NCBI GenBank assembly: GCA_965219685.1
Contig: CBDCOH010000002.1
Location: 4,000,001-4,064,000, forward strand
Direction of reading: 5' to 3'
DNA: 64,000 bases
Source: Candidatus Spongiisociaceae bacterium
GTDB lineage: Bacteria; Actinomycetota; Acidimicrobiia; Spongiisociales; Spongiisociaceae
Part shown: piece by piece, positions 1 to 7,659 of the stretch
Layout of the letters: every line of letters begins with the position of its first letter
Numbering within the stretch: position 1 is the stretch's first letter
Made by a program: the position numbers and the translations under genes
Notes under the pieces: model-generated
Database searches by the model: none
What the model was told of the DNA's origin: nothing
The model's input: the letters and a program-made list of their open reading frames with translations, nothing else

Positions 1-111
1 GTGAGCGCCGGAGCAGCGCTCGTGGTCGCCGCCGGTCTCGACGGAGTGGGGCGCCGGCTCGAAGGGCGCAGCACGGGCGGCCTCGGTGCGCTCGGCCGCT
101 CGGGAATCTAG
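1..111 (+). CDS. 3' end of a partial membrane protein (possibly ABC permease C-terminus)
   Basis: Frame 1 is open from the window start to TAG at 109-111: VSAGAALVVAAGLDGVGRRLEG..., a hydrophobic stretch followed by D..RR. Confidence 0.3.
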   Translation: MSAGAALVVAAGLDGVGRRLEGRSTGGLGALGRSGI

Positions 112-210
112 TGAATGGTGAATGGTGAGTAGTTAGTAGGAACATCCACTCACCACTCCCCATTCACTATTCACTATTCACCACTCCCCATTCACCACTC
201 CCCATGCACC
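111..210. repeat. Inverted pair of heptamer tandem arrays (GGTGAAT/GGTGAGT ... CCACTCA/CCATTCA/CTATTCA)
   Basis: gtgaatggtgaatggtgagt followed by caccactccccattcactattcactattcaccactc. Confidence 0.8.
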
Positions 211-292
211 TGTAACCCGGCTCAGGGCATATCATTGCTAGGAGAGGCTGAGCCGGCCATGTGTCCGCAGGTCATCTGCCACGAGTGTTCAT

Positions 293-853
293 GTGGCTGG
301 GCCCGGAGAGGGAGAGGCTTTGAGAGGCGGCGACCCATCCGAAGACCGTGATGCGACCCTTCGCGTCGAGCAGGACATCCGTGACCACTTCTGCGACGAG
401 CGATGGTTTGACTTCCACGCCCATCAGGCGGTTATCAACATATACCGGGCGGCCATCACCGTGCGCAATCGCCTCGAACAGGAACTGCTCACCCGCTGGC
501 GGCTCACGTGGGGCGGGTTCACGTGCTTGTGGATACTGTGGATCTGGGGAGAGATGGAGTCGCGGCGCCTCGCCCACGAGGCGGGAGTCTCGAAAGGGAC
601 CCTGACCGGCCTGGTCAAGACCCTCGAGAAACGCGATCTGGTCTCTCGTCGCCGCCTATCCGGGGATCGGCGCCGGGTAGCCGTGTCCCTGACACCCGAC
701 GGGCTCGCCGTGGTCGAGGAACTCTACCCGCATTTCCATACGTGTGAGCGTATGTTGACGAGCGGCCTCGGCACCGACGAACAGGATCAACTGTCACGCC
801 TGCTTCGCAGCATCATGAGGCGCGCCGCAGCGCCGGACCTACTGGATGATTAG
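293..853 (+). CDS. MarR family transcriptional regulator
   Basis: wHTH pattern LAHEAGVSKGTLTGLVKTLEKRDLVSR, then DRRRVAVSLTPDG. Confidence 0.9.
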   Translation: MAGPGEGEALRGGDPSEDRDATLRVEQDIRDHFCDERWFDFHAHQAVINIYRAAITVRNRLEQELLTRWRLTWGGFTCLWILWIWGEMESRRLAHEAGVSKGTLTGLVKTLEKRDLVSRRRLSGDRRRVAVSLTPDGLAVVEELYPHFHTCERMLTSGLGTDEQDQLSRLLRSIMRRAAAPDLLDD

Positions 854-950
854 TTCCTGGTCTGCAGTCTGTAGCCTGTAGTGGTAATCGTTAGTTACCG
901 TTAGAGCAGGTCCGTCCCTTGCCGTCCCGTCGGTGTCAGGTGTAATACAA

Positions 951-1235
951 CTAGCAACTAGCGAGGAACTCGACCTCGCGGCTCTCCAGCAGGGGCCGGA
1001 GTTGCTTTACCGCTACTTCGTCGAAGTGGTCTGCTGCGATGTGGGCATCGACGGCGGCGCGGTCGGTGTACTGCTCGACGAGGACGAACAGGCGAGGATT
1101 GTCGATACCCCGGTAGACGTCGAAGGCGATGCATCCCGGTTCGGTGAGCACCATCGGTACGTAGTCGCGCAGGCCTTCGGCCACCTTCTCCTCGTTGCCC
1201 TCTGCCGCTACCCACCGGGCCAGGATGGTCACCAT
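951..1235 (-). CDS. ABM / putative quinol monooxygenase family protein
   Basis: EPGCIAFDVY..FVLVEQY...AVDAHIAADHF; 94 aa. Confidence 0.88.
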   Translation of the reverse strand: MVTILARWVAAEGNEEKVAEGLRDYVPMVLTEPGCIAFDVYRGIDNPRLFVLVEQYTDRAAVDAHIAADHFDEVAVKQLRPLLESREVEFLASC

Positions 1236-1290
1236 GGTCTATTCCTTTCGGTCATGTGTTCTTGCTTGATCTGACGGGACGGGCCGCGAG

Positions 1291-1620
1291 TCACATCGAT
1301 GCGAACCCGATCGACCTGAGTTGCTTCCGTCCTTCCTCCGAAACCTGGTCAGGACACCAAGGCGGGTCGAACACCCAGCTGACATCGAAGTCCTCGAGCA
1401 CGCCCCGGCCGACCAACTCGTTCCGCATCTGGTCCTCGATGACCGAGGTCAGGGGGCAGAAGGGGTTGGTGAGGGTGACGTCCAGGGATGCATGCGAGCC
1501 GTCGACCTGCACCTCGCGAACGAAACCGAGGTCGACGATGTTGACGCCGAGATCCGGATCGATAACCTTCCGTAGCGACTCGATGATCTGGGTCTCGATG
1601 CCCATGGGAGTGTCCATCAC
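1291..1620 (-). CDS. DUF59 (SufT/PaaD/MIP18-like) metal-sulfur cluster assembly factor
   Basis: VIDPDLGVNIVDLGFV, LTNPFCP and VFDPPW motifs. Confidence 0.9.
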   Translation of the reverse strand: MMDTPMGIETQIIESLRKVIDPDLGVNIVDLGFVREVQVDGSHASLDVTLTNPFCPLTSVIEDQMRNELVGRGVLEDFDVSWVFDPPWCPDQVSEEGRKQLRSIGFASM

Positions 1621-1621
1621 A

Positions 1622-2020
1622 TCACCTTCCTTCGGTCGTTCTGTCGTCGTTGGTGAGGCTCGGCCAGGTGATCACTCGGAGCTGTATCTCGACCCGGGTG
1701 GTCCTGGTGGTGATCCAGTCGGCTATGCCGTGGGCCATCCGGCGGAGTCGGGTTACCACGTCTCCGTCACCTACGGTCCAGGGTCCGACCACCATCTCGT
1801 GGCTTCGGATCCCGAAGCGGGCTGCCTCCGCGATCCCCTCCTCGAGTACCCGTGCGAGCGGCGCCGAAGTCGTCCCGGCCCTGAACTTCAGGGCACGGTG
1901 AGCCTCGTCGGCGGGTATACCGTCGAGACGCGAAAGGATACGCCTCGCCTCGTCCTGGTCGATACGCACGTTGGTCTTGCAGGCCGTGACCGTTGGTTCC
2001 GGGATCCGCGCCCTGCTCAT
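1622..2020 (-). CDS. Divergent ribosomal protein uL22-like protein within monooxygenase operon
   Basis: Near gap-free manual alignment to bacterial L22 (VR....AR.....G....A...L....VLE.IA.A...G.....V....V.DG...R...A.G.AD.I..RT). Its start overlaps the upstream reductase stop (ATGA). Confidence 0.8.
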   Translation of the reverse strand: MSRARIPEPTVTACKTNVRIDQDEARRILSRLDGIPADEAHRALKFRAGTTSAPLARVLEEGIAEAARFGIRSHEMVVGPWTVGDGDVVTRLRRMAHGIADWITTRTTRVEIQLRVITWPSLTNDDRTTEGR

Positions 2021-3261
2021 CGCCGTCTTCTCTTCCGGCCGATGCGGCGCAGGTCAGTCGACAGATCCTCGACCTGGGCCGCGGTAACGGCAGTGCCTGC
2101 CCTCATGAGCTTGCGGGCGGCGAAGATGTCGCGGGGTCGTCCGATCGTCAGCACAGCTTCGATCTTATCCGCATCCGCCTCGTCGCCCGATAGCTGGAAG
2201 GCGGAAAACGACCTATCCTCTACCGAACCCCGGATCACATGGCGGGCGTACGGGTCGAAGTGTCCGAGCGACTGGATGGTCAGGTCGTACTGGTCCGACC
2301 AGAACCAGTGGGGGCTGTCGTCGGTCGCGTCCTGACCCAGGATATTGCGAGCGACTACTGCCCCCTGCCTCATGGCGTTGTCGTGATGCTCCACCCGCAG
2401 GTGGCGCCCATCGCGCTGCTGTGCCGCGGCGACATCTCCGGCCGCGTACACGTTGGGTACCCGTGTCCGGCAGTGCCTGTCGACGCGAATCCCCCCTCTC
2501 ACCTCGATAGCGGTGTCATGAGCAGGTTCGGTATTGGGGATCATCCCGGCTGCTACCAGCATCCACTCGCACTCGAGTTCTCCCCGGTCGGTGGTTACTG
2601 CCAACCCGTCGGAGGTCTCCACCACGCTCGTCACCCGCTCTCCGAGCCGCAGCACGCATCCCTCGTCGCGGTGGACTTCGGTCATGACCCTGCCGTAGCG
2701 GTCTCCTAGCGGGGCACGCAGGCACTGCTCCTCCATCTCGATGATGGTTATCTCCGCTCCCAGCCCGCGCCCGGTGGCCGCAACCTCGCATCCGATGAAC
2801 CCTCCGCCGAGTACCACGGCCCTATCGCTGTCACGCAGCCGACGGGCCAACTCCTCGGAGTCGTCACGGGTACGCAGATGCAGGATCCGGTCACCCTCGA
2901 ACCCCGGCAGTCTCCGGGCTCGGCCGCCGGTGGCGACCAGGAGATGGTCGTAGGGGACCGTCCCTTCTCTGTCGGTCTCGATCGCCGAGGAGTCGACGTC
3001 GATCGAGACCCCTCTGGTGCCGAGTAGGAGTTCGATGTCGTTTTCCCGGTACCACTCCTCGGCCCGGATGGTGGTGTCGCCGGACCGCATCGACCCGGCG
3101 AGCACCTCCTTGGACAGGGGTGGGCGCTCGTATGGGGGCGCCTCCTCCTCGGATACCAGGACGACGCGGCCATCGAACCCCAGATGTCTGAGGGTCGACG
3201 CGGCCGCCGCCGAGGCAGTACCGCCGCCCAGGAGCATGACGGTCTCGGAGAGACCAGTCAT
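2017..3261 (-). CDS. FAD-dependent ferredoxin reductase (putidaredoxin-reductase/GR type)
   Basis: PYERPPLSK, LLVATG, VLGGGFIGCE, YAAGDVA, VEH, FWSDQY; no 2Fe-2S Cys motif. Confidence 0.92.
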   Translation of the reverse strand: MTGLSETVMLLGGGTASAAAASTLRHLGFDGRVVLVSEEEAPPYERPPLSKEVLAGSMRSGDTTIRAEEWYRENDIELLLGTRGVSIDVDSSAIETDREGTVPYDHLLVATGGRARRLPGFEGDRILHLRTRDDSEELARRLRDSDRAVVLGGGFIGCEVAATGRGLGAEITIIEMEEQCLRAPLGDRYGRVMTEVHRDEGCVLRLGERVTSVVETSDGLAVTTDRGELECEWMLVAAGMIPNTEPAHDTAIEVRGGIRVDRHCRTRVPNVYAAGDVAAAQQRDGRHLRVEHHDNAMRQGAVVARNILGQDATDDSPHWFWSDQYDLTIQSLGHFDPYARHVIRGSVEDRSFSAFQLSGDEADADKIEAVLTIGRPRDIFAARKLMRAGTAVTAAQVEDLSTDLRRIGRKRRRR

Positions 3262-3262
3262 G

Positions 3263-3583
3263 TCAGCCGGGCGGCGCTACACAGATGACGCCTCCCTCGA
3301 CCTTGCAGGGGATGGAGAAGAGGGCCGAATCGGCGGGGTTGATGCCTTCGCCGGTGAGGGCGTCGAACTCCCAGAGGTGGTTGATGCACGTCAGCACCTT
3401 GCCGTCCAGATCCCCGTCGTGAAGGGGCCACGCCTGATGGGGACAGCGGTCCCGGTAGGCGCGTACCTCCCCGTCCACGTTGACGATTACGACCTTCGTC
3501 CCGCCGACGTCGAGGCCTTCGATGTCACCTTCCCAGAGGTCATCGAGGTCCATGACCTCATGCCACCGGGCTGCGTCGCTCAT
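3263..3583 (-). CDS. tmoC: Rieske-type [2Fe-2S] ferredoxin (TmoC-like)
   Basis: CPHQ...CINHLWEFD..TGEGINP Rieske motif; located in the SDIMO operon. Confidence 0.92.
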   Translation of the reverse strand: MSDAARWHEVMDLDDLWEGDIEGLDVGGTKVVIVNVDGEVRAYRDRCPHQAWPLHDGDLDGKVLTCINHLWEFDALTGEGINPADSALFSIPCKVEGGVICVAPPG

Positions 3584-3613
3584 CCGTGGCTCAGTGGTCT
3601 GTCGGCGAGCTGG

Positions 3614-4639
3614 CTACGCAAGTTGCAGAGCGCCGAGTCCGGCGTCGGCAAGCAGTTGCTCCCGCGCCGCCCGAGCCTCCGCGGCCACCGCTTCCGCGGT
3701 GATGTCTCCGGCCGGCGCCTGGGCCAGGATGCCTCCCAGAGCCAGGACGGCGGCATCCGCCCGGGGTGCCCACTTATTGATCCAACGTTCGAAGGCCGGG
3801 CCGTTCTCCGGACGACCTTCTACCGCCAGGCGCGCCACGGCCGCCGACCACCTGCCCCTACGAGCCGAGTCCTGGTGCAGGTTCTGGCACAGCAGCCACG
3901 TGAGATCGTCACCGTTGGCGCGGGCTGCCTCTCCCAGCGCCCGGTTGAGGACATCGTCGAGTGTCGGAGCTATCACCAGGTTGGCGGCTGTCAACGCCTC
4001 GCCCCAGTCGTAGGCGATCAGCGCCCGCTCGAGAAGCTCTCGGGTCGGCTGCCAAGCCTCGTGGCCCTCCCAGACCTCCCGCTCGCCGGTGGCGAAACCT
4101 GCGTCCGGGTAGCCCAGCTGCAACTCACGCGTACGGATGGACACCACCGTCACCCGCCGGAGCTGGTCCGCCATCGACAAGGATGCCGCATTGGTGATGT
4201 ACGCCGTGGGGGACATGTGTGCCACGTAGGCCTGCAGCATCTGCAGCGCATGGGACGGGTACCGGATCGGCGTGTAGAACGTCCGCAGTATCTCCACCCA
4301 TCCGGGGGAGAGGGACTGGTCGTGGCCAATGCTCGAGTAGCTGTCCATCAGACCGGCGACCTTCGTCTCCTGGGCGGCCTGCTTGGCTACGTAGGCCCGG
4401 TACGTCAACTGGTCCGGGTCTCTGTACACCTCCCAGTCGTCGAGTTGCAGGGGCGAGTTGTCACGATAGGCCAGGAACCACAGGTTGCCCGGCGACGAGG
4501 GGTTCTGCTCCAGCGGCGCCATCCTGTCCCGTCGAACCGTGTAGTTGGCGGCGTGGGCGCCGATCTCGTACTCGGTAGGCCGGCGGCGGATGTCGCCGAA
4601 CTCGCTCCAAGTGCGCAGCTTTCGCTTCTTGGCGCTCAT
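3614..4639 (-). CDS. tmoE: Soluble di-iron monooxygenase hydroxylase beta subunit (TmoE-like)
   Basis: LRTWS..RRRPTEYEI, RDPDQLTYRAYV, WQPTRELLERALIAYDWGEA. Confidence 0.92.
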   Translation of the reverse strand: MSAKKRKLRTWSEFGDIRRRPTEYEIGAHAANYTVRRDRMAPLEQNPSSPGNLWFLAYRDNSPLQLDDWEVYRDPDQLTYRAYVAKQAAQETKVAGLMDSYSSIGHDQSLSPGWVEILRTFYTPIRYPSHALQMLQAYVAHMSPTAYITNAASLSMADQLRRVTVVSIRTRELQLGYPDAGFATGEREVWEGHEAWQPTRELLERALIAYDWGEALTAANLVIAPTLDDVLNRALGEAARANGDDLTWLLCQNLHQDSARRGRWSAAVARLAVEGRPENGPAFERWINKWAPRADAAVLALGGILAQAPAGDITAEAVAAEARAAREQLLADAGLGALQLA

Positions 4640-4941
4640 GATGTGACGTCCTCCTCCGTCGCCCCTCCGAGCGACCAGCTCGTCTGGTCGCTGCGGGAGG
4701 TGTTTATACGTCCGGCATTGGCGGTCAGCAGGTTCTCCAGCGACCGCAACTGGTAATCGGGTCCCAGATAGCGCTTGAGCGACTCGGCTGTCACCTTGAG
4801 GAAGGAGGAGGCGTGGACGCGCACGTACGCGCCCCGGTCGATCACCTCGATCTCGCGGCCCGGGTTGTCGTCCTCGATGGCGCTTATGATCTCCTCGATC
4901 GTGTCGCTCATCCGCAGGATCGGCCCTACCGGATTGTCCAT
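4636..4941 (-). CDS. tmoD: Monooxygenase effector/coupling protein (TmoD/MmoB/DmpM family)
   Basis: NPVGPILR, AIEDDNPG, DRGAYVRV, AGRI; start placed at ATG 4941 after a GGAGG-like RBS. Confidence 0.9.
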   Translation of the reverse strand: MDNPVGPILRMSDTIEEIISAIEDDNPGREIEVIDRGAYVRVHASSFLKVTAESLKRYLGPDYQLRSLENLLTANAGRINTSRSDQTSWSLGGATEEDVTS

Positions 4942-4951
4942 ATCGACCCTC

Positions 4952-5227
4952 CTACTCTGCCCAGTCGACACGGATGTGGTCGAGCGGGCCTATGCCCGCC
5001 TCGGCCACCGTTACGTCGTCGGGCACTATCCGGTTGTTGTGAATGACGAGCTTGGGCAAGCCACGGTCCCGCACCCGCACTCCCACCGTATGGTGGGCGA
5101 CGGCCTCCGCAACCTCCGCCATGGTGTTGTTGGACATCACCGGGATGAGCAACTCGACGAAGTCGTCGGCGAAGATGGCGTTGAGCGGGACGAGCTGGGG
5201 TTCGGCGGCGGCGCCGTTGTCGCTCAT
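4952..5227 (-). CDS. tmoB: Hydroxylase gamma subunit (TmoB-like)
   Basis: PLNAIFADDFVELLIPV..TMAEVAEAVAHHTVGVRV...AGIGPLD; ATG at 5227 overlaps the alpha-subunit stop. The ORF-track upstream extension is spurious. Confidence 0.9.
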   Translation of the reverse strand: MSDNGAAAEPQLVPLNAIFADDFVELLIPVMSNNTMAEVAEAVAHHTVGVRVRDRGLPKLVIHNNRIVPDDVTVAEAGIGPLDHIRVDWAE

Positions 5228-6732
5228 CCACCCACCCCCGCGCCTACCGGCTCGGTGCGTGCGTAGGCCTCCGTCCAGTCGTAGCCGCCGGCGTCGTCGC
5301 CCATGACATCGGGCGTGAGCCCCATATACCCGAGAATTCCGGGGACATCCATCGGCTGGATCTGGCCGGCGAGGAAGCGCTCCACCACCGTATGGTTGTT
5401 GAGAGCGTCCCGATCCTCCCACCAGATCTGGCGGCAGCCCTTTGTGCAGAAGTGGTACGTCACACCGTTGTGCTTCAGCGAATGGTTGCGCACCCGCCAC
5501 TTGCCGTCCCGCCCGTACGATGCGTTGCAGGTCGGGAGGTGGCAGTAGTTGCACAGCCACGGGAGCGTCTCCGGCAGGGCGCGGTGCATGTTCCCGGCGT
5601 TGATGTTCTCCGCCAGGATCTTCCACTTGTCGCCGTACAGGAGGTCCCAGTTGGGATACTTCTCGATGAGCCACTCGCGTGACTCGGGCGTGATCCCGAC
5701 GGGCTTCCACCACAGGGTCGGGCGCCAGAACCACTCACCCATCTGTAGCGAGTGATGCCACACGTCGAGGCCCTCGATGAACTCGTCCCAGTACCAGGGG
5801 CGCTTCAGGCCGTAGTCCTGGATGGTGCGGACGAACTGGTCGATGATCCATTCCTCCATGAACTCCCGGTAGCTGTACTTGCGGGACTCCACCGGGGTGT
5901 TGTAGTCCATCGACGGTCCGGTGAGGGCGGCGAAGGCCCGTGCGGAGAGCCAGAAGAACTTGTCGACCGTCCACTGAGCCCGAACCGGGTCGTGCTCCAC
6001 CAGGACCTCCAGCGTGGGCCCACCCTGCTGGGAGTGGCGAGCCTCGTCGGTCTGGATCGAGGAGATCAGGTTGGCGAAGGCCACATCCCCGGCCTCGAGG
6101 GCGTCGGCGGCCAGTGCCACGAACTGGATATTGGTGAATCCGGTCTCGAATGCGAACGGGAGTTGGATGGCAATGTCCACCACGCTGCCGCCGATCATCA
6201 TGTTGTCGATCAGCGCCCGCAGGGCGATGGCCACCCAGTCGTTGGTGAGCAAGGCCCGGTGAGCCCAGTCGAACTGGGGATCACGCTCCACCAACTCGTG
6301 GGCGAACGATAGGCTGAGCTGGCCGTGGCGGATCTCGTCGAGGGTGCCCATCACTGCCATGTTGCGCCAGGCTGGGCTCAACCCGAAGCGGGCCATGCGG
6401 CTTTCGCCGTACACGGCTGCATACTCGACCAGGGCAATCCCGCCGAGGTGCATCTTGACCGACGACCTCCACGCCTCGTCCAACTTTTCGTACTGGTTCG
6501 ACCGGTTCAGGGCGGCCTTCACCGCGTAGGCGGAGGTTTCCTTCTCGTCCTGGGTGGCGACGTACTCGGGGTAGGCGACCTTGTAGCTCTCCTCCCACTT
6601 CGACCAGGCCTCACGGGGCACCTTGCCCGATCCGCTCAGCCAGTCCGGGTAGACCGCCTCGTCGTCCACGTAACCGAGAGTCCAGTCGACATCCCGGACG
6701 ATCCCCTGCCATTCCTCACGTCTGAGAGTCAT
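5224..6732 (-). CDS. tmoA: Soluble di-iron monooxygenase hydroxylase alpha subunit (TmoA/TouA/IsoA-like)
   Basis: Two di-iron motifs DEIRH and DEARH, FETGFTN, and C-terminal YHS-like YHFCTKGC. Confidence 0.95.
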   Translation of the reverse strand: MTLRREEWQGIVRDVDWTLGYVDDEAVYPDWLSGSGKVPREAWSKWEESYKVAYPEYVATQDEKETSAYAVKAALNRSNQYEKLDEAWRSSVKMHLGGIALVEYAAVYGESRMARFGLSPAWRNMAVMGTLDEIRHGQLSLSFAHELVERDPQFDWAHRALLTNDWVAIALRALIDNMMIGGSVVDIAIQLPFAFETGFTNIQFVALAADALEAGDVAFANLISSIQTDEARHSQQGGPTLEVLVEHDPVRAQWTVDKFFWLSARAFAALTGPSMDYNTPVESRKYSYREFMEEWIIDQFVRTIQDYGLKRPWYWDEFIEGLDVWHHSLQMGEWFWRPTLWWKPVGITPESREWLIEKYPNWDLLYGDKWKILAENINAGNMHRALPETLPWLCNYCHLPTCNASYGRDGKWRVRNHSLKHNGVTYHFCTKGCRQIWWEDRDALNNHTVVERFLAGQIQPMDVPGILGYMGLTPDVMGDDAGGYDWTEAYARTEPVGAGVGG

Positions 6733-6745
6733 GGTTGCTCCTTCC

Positions 6746-7210
6746 TCAGTCGACTTCCATGTGGCCGAGTTGGCGGTAGATCGAGGCGCTGTTCCAGTAG
6801 GCGGTCAGGCTCTCGATCTTGCCACCGTCATTGACATCGAAAACGAACGCGTGGGGTTCCCAGTACTTCATCCCCTTCGGGGCGATCGGTCCCCATGCCT
6901 TTTCCTGGCAGCCGCCGATGCTCACCACCACGGCGACCTTTCCGTCCTCGGAGGCGGTGATGGAGTGGACCTCGTTGGACAGGTCCGGGAAGGAGTTGAT
7001 AAGTCCCTCCCACATGGGCCGACCCAGCGTGGCCACCTTGCCGTCGCCCCTGATGACCCGTTGCTTGGTCCAGATCTCGAATGGGACGTACGAGAAGTCG
7101 GCGTTGTCTGTGCATAGGTCGACCATCGCCAGCGTGTCGTGGCGGCGGTAGGCGTCGAAGAAGGCCTCCACCGTGGTGGTGGGATCGGCCTTCGTAGCAG
7201 TAGTTGTCAC
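6746..7210 (-). CDS. SnoaL-like / ester cyclase (NTF2 fold) protein
   Basis: VEAFFDAYRRHD, SFPDL, KIESLTAYWN; GTG start after AAGGAG. Confidence 0.85.
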   Translation of the reverse strand: MTTTATKADPTTTVEAFFDAYRRHDTLAMVDLCTDNADFSYVPFEIWTKQRVIRGDGKVATLGRPMWEGLINSFPDLSNEVHSITASEDGKVAVVVSIGGCQEKAWGPIAPKGMKYWEPHAFVFDVNDGGKIESLTAYWNSASIYRQLGHMEVD

Positions 7211-7224
7211 GATTTCTCTCCTTC

Positions 7225-7644
7225 CTAAACGATCGACACCGCGTCGAGGCGCTTGACCGCCAGCCTGCGGTAGAGAACGTTCTGATCCCAGAATCCCCGG
7301 ATCGAGGAAATACGTCCGTCGGATGTGCCCAGTAGCCACACCTGATCGAGGTCGATGTGTTTCTCCTGGTTGACGACACCCAGGTACTCGGCCGCCTGGG
7401 TTCCCTCCATCTTCATCTCGGTCACCGCGGTTCCGTCGGTTCCGATGAAGTGGTTCTTGGTGGTCAGCAGCAGATCCGGGAAGGCAGTGACCGTGGCTGC
7501 GAAGAAGCCCCTGGCCTCGTCCTTGCCTCCGTCGACGTTGGCCGGGAGCACGTCGATGGTCGCGTCATCGGCGACCAGGTCCATCGCGCCGTCCACGTCA
7601 CCGGCCCGGATCGCATCCCAGAAGTCAGCAGCTGTGTCGGACAT
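7225..7644 (-). CDS. SnoaL-like / ester cyclase (NTF2 fold) protein
   Basis: FWDAIRAGDVD, AFPDL, EGTQ, DGRISSIRGFWD. Confidence 0.85.
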   Translation of the reverse strand: MSDTAADFWDAIRAGDVDGAMDLVADDATIDVLPANVDGGKDEARGFFAATVTAFPDLLLTTKNHFIGTDGTAVTEMKMEGTQAAEYLGVVNQEKHIDLDQVWLLGTSDGRISSIRGFWDQNVLYRRLAVKRLDAVSIV

Positions 7645-7659
7645 CGGTATCACCACCCG

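Noticed and set aside
1622-2020. Calling this gene the housekeeping rplV
   Set aside because: No rpsS/rpsC neighbours, and too many conserved basic residues are lost.
3017-4756. Long antisense ORFs (e.g. 3017-4756, 14209-15606, 23688-25280, 39086-40447)
   Set aside because: Shadow ORFs of high-GC genes on the opposite strand with no recognisable motifs.
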